NCBI RefSeq assembly: GCF_006345805.1 | Contig: NC_042998.1 | Span: forward strand, 33,542,001 to 33,606,000 | DNA length: 64,000 bases | From: Octopus sinensis | Taxonomy: Eukaryota | Reading direction: 5' to 3' | Shown here: positions 50,800-63,335 of the stretch, in pieces | Layout: each line of letters begins with the position of its first letter | How positions within the stretch are numbered: the first letter of the stretch is position 1 | The notes under the pieces: model-generated | The model's input: only the letters and a program-made list of their open reading frames with translations | What the model was told of the DNA's origin: nothing | Database searches by the model: none | Position numbers and translations under genes: made by a program

Positions 50800-50806
50800 C
50801 AGACAA

Positions 50807-50876
<70 letters not shown>

Positions 50877-51059
50877 AAGAGAGAGACAGGCAGACATACA
50901 AACAGGCAGACACATTGATAGATGCATTGAATGAATAAGTGAATGAGAGAGGATCAAAGATTACATACACACATGCACACAAATATGTATATACATACAC
51001 CTAGATGTGTTTTTTTCGTATTTCAGGCTTTAATTTATAATTCCAACAAATTACATACG

Positions 51060-51890
51060 AAGAGTGTTTATTCATTAAAATACATTCCATCATATTCTTT
51101 GGTCTGTTGCCGTCGTTGTGCCAGAAGGGGAATTCCACGTTTACACCATTTTGGCTGGTGTAGAGGAAAAAAAAACTCCCTGCACCCGTTTTGAACCTTG
51201 TTCACATTGTTGTACGTTCGTCTGTGCAAAAAATTAGCCATGGCTCAGAAAAGGCGGTAATCTGATGATGCAAGTTCTGGACTGTAAGCAGGGTGAGACA
51301 GCATTTCCAGTCCCTCAAGTTCCTCTTGGTTACATGAACAGCAGTGAGCGCTGGTGCATCGTCGTACTATAGGGATACGCGTCTTCGACTGACCAATTCC
51401 GGGTAGCGGGCTTTCAAAGCATCGTATATTCGCTGCAAACATTCACTCATCGTTGAGCCTGGTAATTGGTCAGTTCGTGAAGAGCTTCTCGAAAAGTGTC
51501 TGTTTACAAATCCGACCTTATAGTGGTGTCGATTAACGGTGTTTTATGAAGGATTAAGTTCTACCGACAATGTCCGAGTGCTTGAGCTTGGCCGTTGTTC
51601 AGCCATTTCAAGTAAGGCCTCATCTTCCACAACAAAGTGTCTCCCTTACCTTGGTTTGTCTTCGAGGCTGGTGTTACCTTCGTTGAAATATCTGAACCAG
51701 TTTTCTGCCACAGGTTCGTTGACATTTACTGGACCTTCCACACCATTAATTTCTTTTCTCGCTGCCCTTCCTCTGTTTTTTTTTCTTCTTTTCCACAGGT
51801 AGCGTAAAATGGTTCTAATTGCAATATTTTCACCCCTCTTAATCAAACCAGCGGGTAAATTACATTGTATAATGTAACATTCTTCGAAGA
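51060..51890 (-). mobile_element. mariner transposase remnant, internally deleted
   Basis: IRTILRYLW, WFRYFNEGNTSLEDKPR, RTLSVELNPS, HELTNYQAQR, DALKARYPELV, YDDAPALTA, LSHPAYSPELASSDYRLF. Confidence 0.85.
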
Positions 51891-51974
51891 AACCGAAGGA
51901 ATGATGGGTTAATCACACATATCAGACATCTTCTCACCGGTCTTCTCAATTCGTATTGGCCTGGGTTTAAACAG

Positions 51975-52212
51975 TAACTATTTCTTTATTACCCACAAGG
52001 GGCTAAACATAGAGGGGACAAACAAGGACAGACATAGGTATTAAGTCGATTACATCGACCCCAGTGCGTAACTGGTACTTAATTTATCGACCCCGAAAGG
52101 ATGAAAGGCAAAGTCGACCTCGGCGGAATTTGAACTCACAACGTAACGCAGACGAAATACCGCTAAGCATTTCGCCCGGCTTGCTAACGTTTCTGCCAGC
52201 TCGCCGCCTTAA
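51975..52212 (-). mobile_element. SINE family C monomer
   Basis: Consensus match. Confidence 0.85.
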
Positions 52213-52731
52213 ACAGTAATACCAACACAAGAACAACAACATCACACACGTTTTTTTTTTTTTTAAATATTGACTGTTATAACCATTACGCTTCGCAACA
52301 ATGTTTCTTCGAATCAAGTGACGAAAAGCAAAACATTTCGTAACAAAATTTCATACATTATTTGACCCTTTAAAACCTGGCTGTAATAACTGTCCCTACA
52401 CTTCGCAGTCGTGTAACCGATCTAATGTAAACAACCACTGCTACACACATTTCTTCAAGTGACATTCACTTGCGATCTCTTGTTTATCTTTCCTCGGGCT
52501 TAACACATTACTCTATGAGACATTTGTTCATTAGCCTTCAAACAGAAGGTTATTTAAACTTCTCTCTCTCTCTTTCACTCTCAATCTCACTCTCTCTTTC
52601 TTACACATGCACACGCACACACACGTGTATACATATACGCATATGTATATACACATATGTATGTATGTGTGTATATATATATGTGTATATGTATATATAT
52701 ATATGTATATGCATGTATATATATATATATG

Positions 52732-52784
<53 letters not shown>

Positions 52785-52900
52785 TTATGTATATGTAATT
52801 GTATGTATGTATGTATATATATATTATATATGTATGTATATATGAGTATATATATGTATGTATACATGTATATATAGATATATATGTGTGCGTATGTATG

Positions 52901-52936
<36 letters not shown>

Positions 52937-53169
52937 TGTATGTATGTATGTATGTATGTATGTATGAATATATGTATACATCTTTATACATTTGTACATA
53001 TAACATCCAGTCCAATTGTTTTATGGAAAAATAAAGTTCCAGCATAGTTAGAACCAGATTCAACAAGGTATGAGGTAGGGAAGGCAAGCAGAAATAATTT
53101 CAGATGCTTCCACAGATTGAAGTAGGAATTCAATATACTCTGATGGTACCACAAACCTTCTTTGCCCTC

Positions 53170-54290
53170 ACAGCTCTATCACATTGTGGCGTCATTGTCA
53201 TTTTGTAATTCTATCAATTCCTCCTGAATGTCGTCCTCGCAATCCACTGCATCGACCTCAAACGGATTGCTAAACCAATTTGGAATATTCAGCGAAATAA
53301 CGTCTTGAAACCACTCCACTATGTCATCATGCAATGATTGTATAAATATTTGCGATAAGTAGTTAAATCCTCATCAACCAATTCCTCTTTCAAAGAATCA
53401 AGTCATGGAAATTGATGGAATTGACGTTTTGCAATGTTAGTCTTCTACAGCACCAATTTCAAAATGAAGTTAGTGATAAATGATTTACAATCACCGAGAG
53501 ATTTTCTGTTCCTCTTGGTTACATGAACAGCAGTGAGCGCTGGTGCATCGTCGTACTATAGGGATACGCGTCTTCGACTGACCAATTCCGGGTAGCGGGC
53601 TTTCAAAGCATCGTATATTCGCTGCAAACATTCACTCATCGTTGAGCCTGGTAATTGGTCAGTTCGTGAAGAGCTTCTCGAAAAGTGTCTGTTTACAAAT
53701 CCGACCTTATAGTGGTGTCGATTAACGGTGCTTTATGAAGGATTAAGTTCGCAATAACTTATTCAAATCATTTAATTTTGTGAATACATCACGAAGAAAA
53801 AACGATATCGCACCTTGCAACCATCAATGAAGCGGATACTGGAGTATCGTCAAAGAAAGATATGATTATATGAAACAGTTCAAACAAAGCGTAAAACACA
53901 GTTTGCTTTTGACAGCTGCTGCACTTCGGTATGGTATAACAGTTTAGTATGGTCCTCATCATTTCTCAGACAAAGTTGATGGAAAATTCGATCAGAAAAG
54001 GGGATAGGGTTCAATTTGTTCACAGTCCTGATAACTAACTATAGCGCATCATTAAATCAACCGTTCATATTTTTTGCCACAAAATGCTGCTGATGCGCCA
54101 AGCAATGAAGTTAGTATCTGGTGAGAAATTTCATGCTTTAGGAGACATGAAAAGCCTCTGCATCTTCCTATCATCGAAGGGGCTCCATCAGATGCACAGG
54201 CAAGAATATCACTAAGTGGGATATTATGTTCAAAAAGGAAAGATTTGAGAATGTGAAAAGTAGTCTGCAACCCTCTGAGATGCAAGAATA
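53170..54290 (-). mobile_element. hAT (Buster/Charlie-type) transposase remnant
   Basis: ACASDGAPSMIGR, ENDEDHTKLLYHTEV, DVFTKLNDLNKLL, PNWFSNPFEV, QEELIELQND; many stops. Confidence 0.8.
53508..53750 (-). repeat. 243-bp duplicate of mariner segment 51319-51561 inserted in the hAT remnant
   Basis: Identical except for one substitution seen; GTTC at both ends of both copies. Confidence 0.92.
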
Positions 54291-55215
54291 TCTAAATATA
54301 TAAAACTCAACTTGTGTGTCTGTGTGTGTATCTGTGTGTGTGTCTGTGTGTTTAACTTCCAGGCACATCTCCTCCTAGCCAACAAATCGTAGAACCACCA
54401 AAAATGGGTCACTTAAAGTTTAGGCGAATGAAAATTGAACTGCGCTATTTCTGTTCCGAAATTCATCTCGCAAGTGCAAAAATCTTTAATATGTTTGTTT
54501 AGGCCTTATCCCATGCATTGAATAGTGAACTTTACTCAGTCAGCTGTTTGGCGTGAATTGTGTTCACCACGCGTGCAAGCATACGGAAATTGCATGAAAA
54601 ATAAAAAAATCAAAATATAAAAACGAATCGCCGTAAACATTGTAGAAATTCCGCAAAGAAATGAATTTTCGGGATGTAGCCCGGGGGAGGGTTCGTATTA
54701 ATCGTTTGAACTTTGTGAACACATACCAATTGTTTTCATAACATTTTTCACGCTTTGAATTAAATGTGACCATTTTGCGTTGAGTCTGCAGTTTGAATCA
54801 CTTTAGCCAAATTTTAGCAGGCCGGATTTTTGCTCATCACGATACATCGCCAACGACTCCCTAAAACTCTCCCCTGAAATTCCCGTTGAGAAATACTGAT
54901 CTAAAAGAATAATTCAACAATGCGATTATTTGATCAACAAAAAATTATGAAACGCTTCTACGTACTTCCTATATATGTGTGTGTGTGTATGTATATATTT
55001 AAGTGTATGTGTGTGACTTTGTTTCTGTGTTTCACCCTCATCACTGCTTCACAATTTGTTCGTTTATTTACATCCCCATAACTTAATGGTTTCACAAGAA
55101 GAAACTAATAGAATAAGTATTTGGTTTATCAACATAAAAAAAGCACTACTCTGTGTCTCATATTTTTGTTTGCCCACTCAGTTGTATCTATCAATTTATC
55201 TTTGTGTATATATAT

Positions 55216-55249
<34 letters not shown>

Positions 55250-55276
55250 ATACACACACACACACGCACACGCACG

Positions 55277-55406
<130 letters not shown>

Positions 55407-55415
55407 ATGTGTACA

Positions 55416-57092
55416 TTCATATTTATTATATCAAAGACAATGTCTTTATGTATTCATGTATTACTTATGCATTCGAAAACTGCTGCACCGATCATAATGA
55501 AATTTGGACCACAAAAAACCCAGAGAGAAGGGTAATGCTGTGTGTTTCATACAATTTCATGGACCAAATTTCTGAATGGATCCTTATGATATTTTAAACT
55601 TAGATTCAATGCATAAGGGCAGGTATAATGCAATATGTTTGGTTTGAATTTCGGATGGCTTAAAGGGGGCAGAACCCACCCCCCCCATGAAAATTCATAA
55701 ATTTTCGATGTTGATGAAATTTCAACCATGGGTAATTGACACACATCAAGAAGTATTCTCAGTTTCCACTTCACATGAGGATTCTAAGACACCCTAATGG
55801 GGGACTTAACTCCCAAATTTTATTCATTTCTTTTATGATCCAAAACTAAGTCAAAAGTACTGAATGGATCTTTACGAAATTTGGAAATTATATTCTATGC
55901 ATAAGGGCCACAACCCTCATGACAATTCATATATTTTTGCTGTTGAGGAAATTTTAACCATAGATATTAGATACAAATGAAGTAATATTTATAAAATTTC
56001 ATCTTCTTACAAGTTAGAAAGACCCTTCATGGGGACTTAACACCCACAATTTTGTCATTTTATCTAAGCAAAGACGAATAGTTGTACTCTTGGAAGCTGT
56101 GGGGTCATCCGAGCATAGAAGGTGAGCATTATTTGTAATTCAATGGTACAACAGTGTAAGAGTTTGCTTTGGCATACACGTAGATTGTGATTTCTGCAAT
56201 GTGGTGCATAAATTGTCAAGTAAATGAGAGGCATCTTTGCCTCCACTGATTCAGTTGCAAAGTATTGAGTAAAGTTATTTGATTGCAGATCACCTTTCAG
56301 TCTTTTTATTATCACTGGGTCACACATAGTCCCCAGATGGTAACATTGATTTTAAGGCCTTCCCAGATGAGTGACTGGTTATTCAAAGACATTTATAGAT
56401 TGTAAATTTATTCTATCCAGTTACATATCAGTATAGTGGTCATTTGCAAACTCCAACTTTCATTTCTCCTTAGCCCTCAAGTCACACAGTTGTTAATGTT
56501 TATTTCAGTTGAGTCACGCCCTTTTAATCGCTATAGATTCGTAATGCATCTTACGGCTGTGCCTGTCACCTGGATGGTGAGGAGTCCTACATTGGGAGTG
56601 GTAACAACTAGGGTAGGGTAACTGACTGCTTATTGTGATCATTCGTCTTTTGGTTTCCTGTAGCTTTGCTCTCTTTTACAAACCCAGTTAACATATATTT
56701 CCTATTTCAAAGAAATTCAAACAATAGATATAAGACCCAAGTTAAAAAGATTCTCAACAATTCAAATTCTCTGGTTGACATTAAGATGCCCACCCCCAAT
56801 AGGGGCGTTAATTCTCACATTTTAGAGCTCCATAACCTCCATTTTTCAGGAGCAAAATACTTTTAACAGGTTCTATGAGACTGGAATTTTGGAATATGCA
56901 CATAAAAATCAGTAATATGGGATATATGTGGCACGATTACAATTTGGGTGGGGGTGTAAAGAGGGAAATAACCCTCATCTGCAATTTTGATGAAATTCGA
57001 AACAGATATTCCAGTTCATTAGAGAAAATATAACAGAAAAGTCTAATTCTTCAATTGTATGTAACACGGGCAACGCCGGGTATCTCTGCTAG
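55416..57092 (+). mobile_element. Non-autonomous Helitron, long
   Basis: 3' end CACGGGCAACGCCGGG hairpin plus CTAG-T at 57089-57093; degenerate internal subrepeats; 5' boundary approximate. Confidence 0.6.
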
Positions 57093-57206
57093 TAGAGGAT
57101 AAAAATATCATGGAAAAACTACAAAGCCAATGATGAAGTCCTAAAAATGGTAAAAACTAAGTAAGTTTTATTGAAACTATATCACTTATTTAGGAAAATA
57201 ATCCAT

Positions 57207-57427
57207 AAAGACTCAGAAATAATTTATTCTCAAACGCATGAGAATGCTAATACAATAGCATGAACAGGGTAAACTATCCATATATTGCAGAAAAAAATCG
57301 TTACCGGCCGTCTCATGGTTGGCCGATAACGATTTTTTTTCTCTGCAATACATGGACATTTTATCCTGTTCATACTATTGTATTACCATTATCATGCGTT
57401 TGAGAATAAAATTATTTCTGTATCTTT
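57207..57427. repeat. Long imperfect palindrome (about 105-bp arms)
   Basis: CAGAAATAATTTATTCTCAAACGCATG...TCGTTACCGGCC / GGCCGATAACGA...CATGCGTTTGAGAATAAAATTATTTCTG. Confidence 0.85.
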
Positions 57428-57696
57428 CAATACATCTCAACGCTTTTAAAGCAAACTTTGTTTACTTTCATCGTAAGTTGAATTTTCTATAAAGACTGTT
57501 AATACAAGTGAAGAGCGCAAAAAGAAAGTCAAAATTATGTCGAAGGGTAACATTAAGAAGTGGATGGACTTCAGATACAGTGAAAGTACAATGACTCTAC
57601 GAGAAAGAGAAACATGGTGTTCAGTTTGCTAGGAGTAGACTAGAGTTGATGACGAACACCAAAGTATTGATTCTTGATGGGAGGGGTTTGATGTTA

Positions 57697-58071
57697 TCTC
57701 TCTCTATATAAACGGCAGTTTGTCTGTCTGTGTGTCTGTCAGGTTGTACCCTCACCCTGACCACGGCTTTCAACCGATTCTGATGAAACATGACACACTC
57801 ATAGCCCAATGTCATAATTCAAAACTAACGCAGCGAAAATTTTGAAAAGTTCCCTCAGTTCTGAAAAGAATCGATAAATTCGACATGGGGTCGAGAATCA
57901 GAAACACAAACCACAGACTGTCTAGGGGACGCAACTCGACCTTTTTAACTCTCAAAAAAATTTACCATCATTTTTTTTCCATTTTTTTGCTATTTTTTGG
58001 CTATAACTCTCTAAAAATGCTTTATAGTTATTTCCCTTACAAACCCGAGCAACGCCGGGCGATACTGCTAG
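57697..58071 (+). mobile_element. Non-autonomous Helitron
   Basis: A|TC 5' end, CCCGAGCAACGCCGGG hairpin, CTAG|T 3' end. A sister copy lies at 62432-62730. Confidence 0.85.
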
Positions 58072-60424
58072 TCGGACATAAAACTTTGTTCGTCGTCGTC
58101 ACGGTTGTGGTTGCTTTTTAAGTGCAGGTCTTCTTTCATTGAGAAGACCCACAATCAAAGATGTTCCAGTCATAACCGTCCCATCTTTTCGTTTTTGTCT
58201 TTTTTTTTTCTTTTTCATTTTTCAAAATGTACCAAGGATTACAGTATACAAAAATGTCTTGACAGACTTCAAAGACCGTATGTTGTATTTTGAAAAAAAT
58301 GTCTGGCTGCAATTTGAAGAAGGTCGAGGAACTATGCAAGGGGGTAGGATAGGGGTTCTTTTTATTTATTGTCTCTTCCATTAACATGCGTGGGGCTTTT
58401 ATGAAATAGAATCTGCTAGTAAATACCACTGCAATACGAGGAAGACAGAGAATCACTGTAGTAGAACCGAATGGATCCACATTTATTTTCAGAAATAGTA
58501 CAAAGTGGAGTAAATGGCACTATATGTTTGGAATGGCAGAATGGAAAGTTCTGTAAAGCAGACGACACTTTAATGGTAATAATCTGACAATGAGTTCTTC
58601 CTGCATTGTTGTGGCTGCCTGGATATTCTATATTTACTTTCGATAGATTTCACGTATAATAGCACGACTCCAAAGTGTATGAACGTCATTTCAAGGATTC
58701 CAACAATATGGAAGAGAACATACATCAAGTACCAAAAATCAGAGAAAGGGTGAAGGTGAAAGAGAGAGAGAAAGAATGGGAGGGAGAGAGAGAGGGAGAG
58801 AGAGAGAGAGCTGAAGCAACAAAATGAAGAAATAATATGGTACAAACTGAATTTTAGTTGTTAATTACAACTTTTTGAAGGAGGACAAAGAAATGTAAAA
58901 ACAATTGTTTCATCCTCTTAGACATAAAACACAGATTACATCCATTTATGAAATTTCTTTTATGGAAATAATTTCCGCAACTTGCCAGCCACAATCTTAC
59001 CATGTTGACAGAACTATTTCTTGTTTATTGCGCACAAAACTTGCCTCTTTGATCTGTCCGTCAAATCACACAAGACCAGAGGCGGTTTCTGTTTTTTTTT
59101 TTTTTTTTCATTCTTTTTCTTTTTTCTTTTCTTTCTTTCCAGTATGCATTTCGCATTGTTCGACCACCTCGAATACCTTGATCATATGTCTGTTTAATCA
59201 GGGTTAAACCGATTATTTAAATCTAAGGTTAAGCAACAACAAAAACAGTAACAACCATACCCAGCTAAGAAGTCACTGCTTCATATCCGGTCACCGACCT
59301 ACTATGTCGTGTCTGTGGCTGAGACACTTAACACTCAACGAACGAGTCCACCTTGCTTTAAAGTAGACACTTCAGAATGCGAGGGCGTGCAGTCTACTGC
59401 AATAAGTAGAGACTCCACTGTAAAACTGACATGTGGGTCGTTACTTGACAGTTCGCTTTAATTTTGTCGCAGATAAACCTCTCATAGACATTGACTCAGG
59501 AACGAAATTTGCTTAGGGGGTGCAAACCCAGCCCCAAAATTTTTACAAATTAGGTCATGCTTTTTTTATGTTCTTTGTTCTTTGAGAAGAAACCTAATTC
59601 AAGTTACTTTTTACAGATCGCATTCTACTCACTGTTTTCTAAACCTGAGAAAGGTAAGAAGGGGGTGCAAATTTTTATTTTGCACCCCACAACAAATTTA
59701 GGGGGGCCCTGGCATTCCTTGCACCTCATGTTTCCGGGACCATGCTCATTACACTACGGCCATACTAGAGCATCACCTTGAGGGAATTTAGTTGAATAAT
59801 TCGACCCCAGTACTTACACTTTTTAAGCCTGTTACTTATTCTATTGGTCTTTATGCCGAACCGCTAAGTTACGGGCATATAAGCTCACCAACACCGGTTG
59901 TTAAGCGATGGGGAGTGGGGCAAACGGAGACACACACACACAAATACATACATACATACATGCATACATACATACATGCATACGTACATACATACATACA
60001 TACATACATACATACATACATACATACATACATGCATACATACATACATACATGCACACAGACACACACATGCACACACACGCACACAAAGACGAAGACA
60101 ACACGCAAGTTTAATAGTTTGACGCTCGGGAGAAATGGAAAAGTCTTTTACATTTCGAGCCTACGCTCTTCAACACAAAGGAATCAGAGAAAATAAACAG
60201 GGGATGAAATAAAAAAATTGTTGAATTCAGTAAATTCAATAAACAAAAAGGTAAAAAGAAGAAAAAAAAAAAAAAACGTGAGGACGTAGCACAAGCAATG
60301 GACTTTCCTGTTTTTCGTGATTCCGACAAAGAGCTATGCTCGAAATGTAAAACAACATCTCTCTTCTATGAATTCATAGTCTGGATATAGAAGCTAGAGG
60401 TTTCGAAGCAGTTGTCCATAGATA

Positions 60425-60825
60425 GGTGCAGGAGTGGCTTGCTAACCAACCACATGGTTCCCGGTTCAGTCCCACTGCATGGCATCTTGGGCAAGTGTCT
60501 TCTGTTATAGCCCCGGGCCGACCAATGCCTTGTGAGTGGATTTGGTAGACGGAAACTGAAAGAAGCCTGTCGTATATATGTATATATATATAAATGTATG
60601 TGTGTGTGTGTGTTTGTGTGTCTGTGTTTGCCCCCCTAGCATTGCTTGACAACCGATGCTGGTGTGTTTACGTCCCCGTCACTTAGCGGTTCGGCAAAAG
60701 AGACCGATAGAATAAGTACTGGGCTTACAAAGAATAAGTCCCGGGGTCGATTTGCTCGACTAAAGGCGGTGCTCCAGCATGGCCACAGTCAAATGACTGA
60801 AACAAGTAAAAGAGTAAAGAGTAAA
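60425..60825 (+). mobile_element. SINE family B, young subfamily
   Basis: Consensus match with a short head deletion. Confidence 0.85.
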
Positions 60826-61019
60826 GAGATATCCTCTTTTTCTTTGATTTTCAAAGAGATATTTATATCTGCAGAGCAGCTGACCACTAGAACGTACATA
60901 CCTCTGCCCTTCTGTCCCAAACTACAATATCCAGCCTGTTGTGCTTACATTTGACAGAAGTTTTGATGGAAATATTCCCCCAGTATTCCTTGAGTAGTTG
61001 TTTTATGTATGTATGTATG

Positions 61020-61241
61020 TATGTATCTTTTATTTTACTTGTTTCAGTCAACTGCGGCCATGCTAAAGCACCGCCTTTTAGTCGAACAAATCGACCCCCG
61101 GACTTATTCTTTGTAAACCTGGTTCTTAATCTATATATCGCTTCTGCTGAACCGCTAAGTTACGGGAAAGTAAACAAACCAACATCGGTTGTCAAGCGAT
61201 GATGAGGGGAAACACAGACATAAACACACACGCACACACAC

Positions 61242-61272
<31 letters not shown>

Positions 61273-61307
61273 TACATACATATATACATACATACATACA
61301 CACATAC

Positions 61308-61364
<57 letters not shown>

Positions 61365-61540
61365 ATATATATTTATATATACACGACGAACTTTTTCAGT
61401 TTCCGTGTACAAAATCCACTCACAAGGCTTTGGTCAGCCCGAGGCTATAGTACCATCCACTTGCCCAAGGTGCCACGCAGTGGGAATGAACCCGGAACCA
61501 TGTGGTTGGGAAGCAAGTTTCTTACCACACAGCCACGCCT
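61020..61540 (-). mobile_element. SINE family B
   Basis: Reverse-complement consensus with an expanded internal microsatellite. Confidence 0.8.
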
Positions 61541-62005
61541 GCTGTATGTATGTATGTATGTATGTATGTATGTATGCATGCAGTGTGTGTATCTATGTGT
61601 GATTTCGCTTACAGGCCGTTAGTGAGCCCGAGACTTTAGTTAATGATACTTTCCTGATCAAACCCGGAATCAAATATTTACGAAGCGCGCATTTGTCACT
61701 CGTGCTCTGCCCTGACCAATTGTCTCATTTTATAAAAACAATACGATTGTATAAATATTATTACAAACTGATAAAAGGGAACGCAAGGAAAACAAAAGTG
61801 TATCAAGTTTATAATATCATACAAAGGATTAAATTGTTCCGCCAAAACAAAGTGTACCAGATTTCGGTGAGAAATGTATAAAAATTGATTCACATTGATT
61901 AAATTAACTCCAATCATTTTTTAGAGGCGATAATGTGTGTGGACGTATTCATACGTTTGTCATAAAATAAGTGGACGTACGTACATGTATATGTAACCCC
62001 CCCTC

Positions 62006-62047
<42 letters not shown>

Positions 62048-62049
62048 GT

Positions 62050-62080
<31 letters not shown>

Positions 62081-62082
<2 letters not shown>

Positions 62083-62384
62083 GCGCAATGGCCCAGTGGT
62101 AAGGGCAGCGGACTCGCGGTTGTAGGATCACGGTTTCGATTCCCAGAACGGGCGTTGTGAGTGTTTATGGAGCGAAAACACCTAAAAGCTCCACGAGGCT
62201 CCGGCAGGGGGTGGTGGCGATCCCTGCTGTACTCTTTCGCCACACCTTTCTCTCACTCTTACTTCTGTTGTCCTGCTCGCTTAGCCAGTGGGGTGGCGTC
62301 ATCTGAAGGCTAAACAATGCGAAGCGCATTGTGACCAGCGATGTGTAGCAACATCTGATAGCCTGGTCGGTCACGGTGATCACG

Positions 62385-62389
<5 letters not shown>
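62081..62389 (+). mobile_element. SINE family A (tail type 3)
   Basis: Head GTAGGCGCAATGGCCCAGTGGTAAGGGCAGCGGACTCGCGG; tail ends CACGGTGATCACGGTGAT. Confidence 0.85.
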
Positions 62390-62428
<39 letters not shown>

Positions 62429-62431
62429 AAA

Positions 62432-62730
62432 CTAGCAGTATCGCCCGGCGTTGCTCGGGTTTGTAAGGGAAATAACTATATAAGCATTTTTAAAGAGTTA
62501 CTTCCCTTATATAATAGCGAAAAATGCATTAAAATGGGAAAAAAATTATGGTAATTTTTTTTTTTTTATCGTAGACTCATCGTAGACGCGCGCTAATACC
62601 CAGAAGGGCTCGATATGAATCACGACTATAAGATACCCGGTTTTGGTTAAACTGCACCGCAAAATGTGGGAGTAGTTAGGAATCTAAATCGTAGGAGACA
62701 GACACACAACTTGACTTTTATATATAAAGA
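62432..62730 (-). mobile_element. Non-autonomous Helitron
   Basis: Minus strand 5' TC and 3' hairpin plus CTAG; matches the ends of 57697-58071. Confidence 0.85.
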
Positions 62731-62890
62731 TTATAACTTGGGGTATCTACGAGATACCGCCATGCTGGAAATAGCAGTCATAATCTCACTCTAAAAAACC
62801 ACATTAATTGTTCATATAGTATTTTTTAGAGTCAGATTATGGCTACTATTTTCAGCATGGCGGTATCTCGTAGATACCCTAAGTTATAAT
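62730..62890. repeat. About 160-bp hairpin/MITE
   Basis: ATTATAACTTGGGGTATCTACGAGATACCGCCATGCTG ... CAGCATGGCGGTATCTCGTAGATACCCTAAGTTATAAT. Confidence 0.85.
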
Positions 62891-63033
62891 TTTAAATAAT
62901 TATTACCTTTGAAAGTTGTTATTTCCATGCTGGCCACTTGATTAGATCGTTATTTAATTTAAATTAACCATCTCATCCTTATTTACATCTTATTCTTTTT
63001 TATATAAAGATTATATATATATATATATAATAT

Positions 63034-63071
<38 letters not shown>

Positions 63072-63139
63072 TATATATATTATATATATATATATATACG
63101 TATATATGTATATATATATATATATATATAGATGTATAC

Positions 63140-63174
<35 letters not shown>

Positions 63175-63244
63175 TATTATATATATTATATATATATATA
63201 TATATATAATATATATATATATGTATATATATATATATGTATAT

Positions 63245-63332
<88 letters not shown>

Positions 63333-63335
<3 letters not shown>

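Noticed and set aside
56064-56327. Pif1-like helicase remnant inside the Helitron
   Set aside because: Only a vague resemblance, and on the strand opposite the Helitron termini; needs an HMM search.
58136-58480. Overlapping ORFs and a pyrimidine-rich acceptor on the minus strand near 58335
   Set aside because: No convincing donor or recognisable protein, so unsupported without RNA data.
59497-59711. hAT-like MITE ending GGGGGGCCCTG
   Set aside because: The left TIR is weak and the flanks do not give a matching 8-bp TSD.
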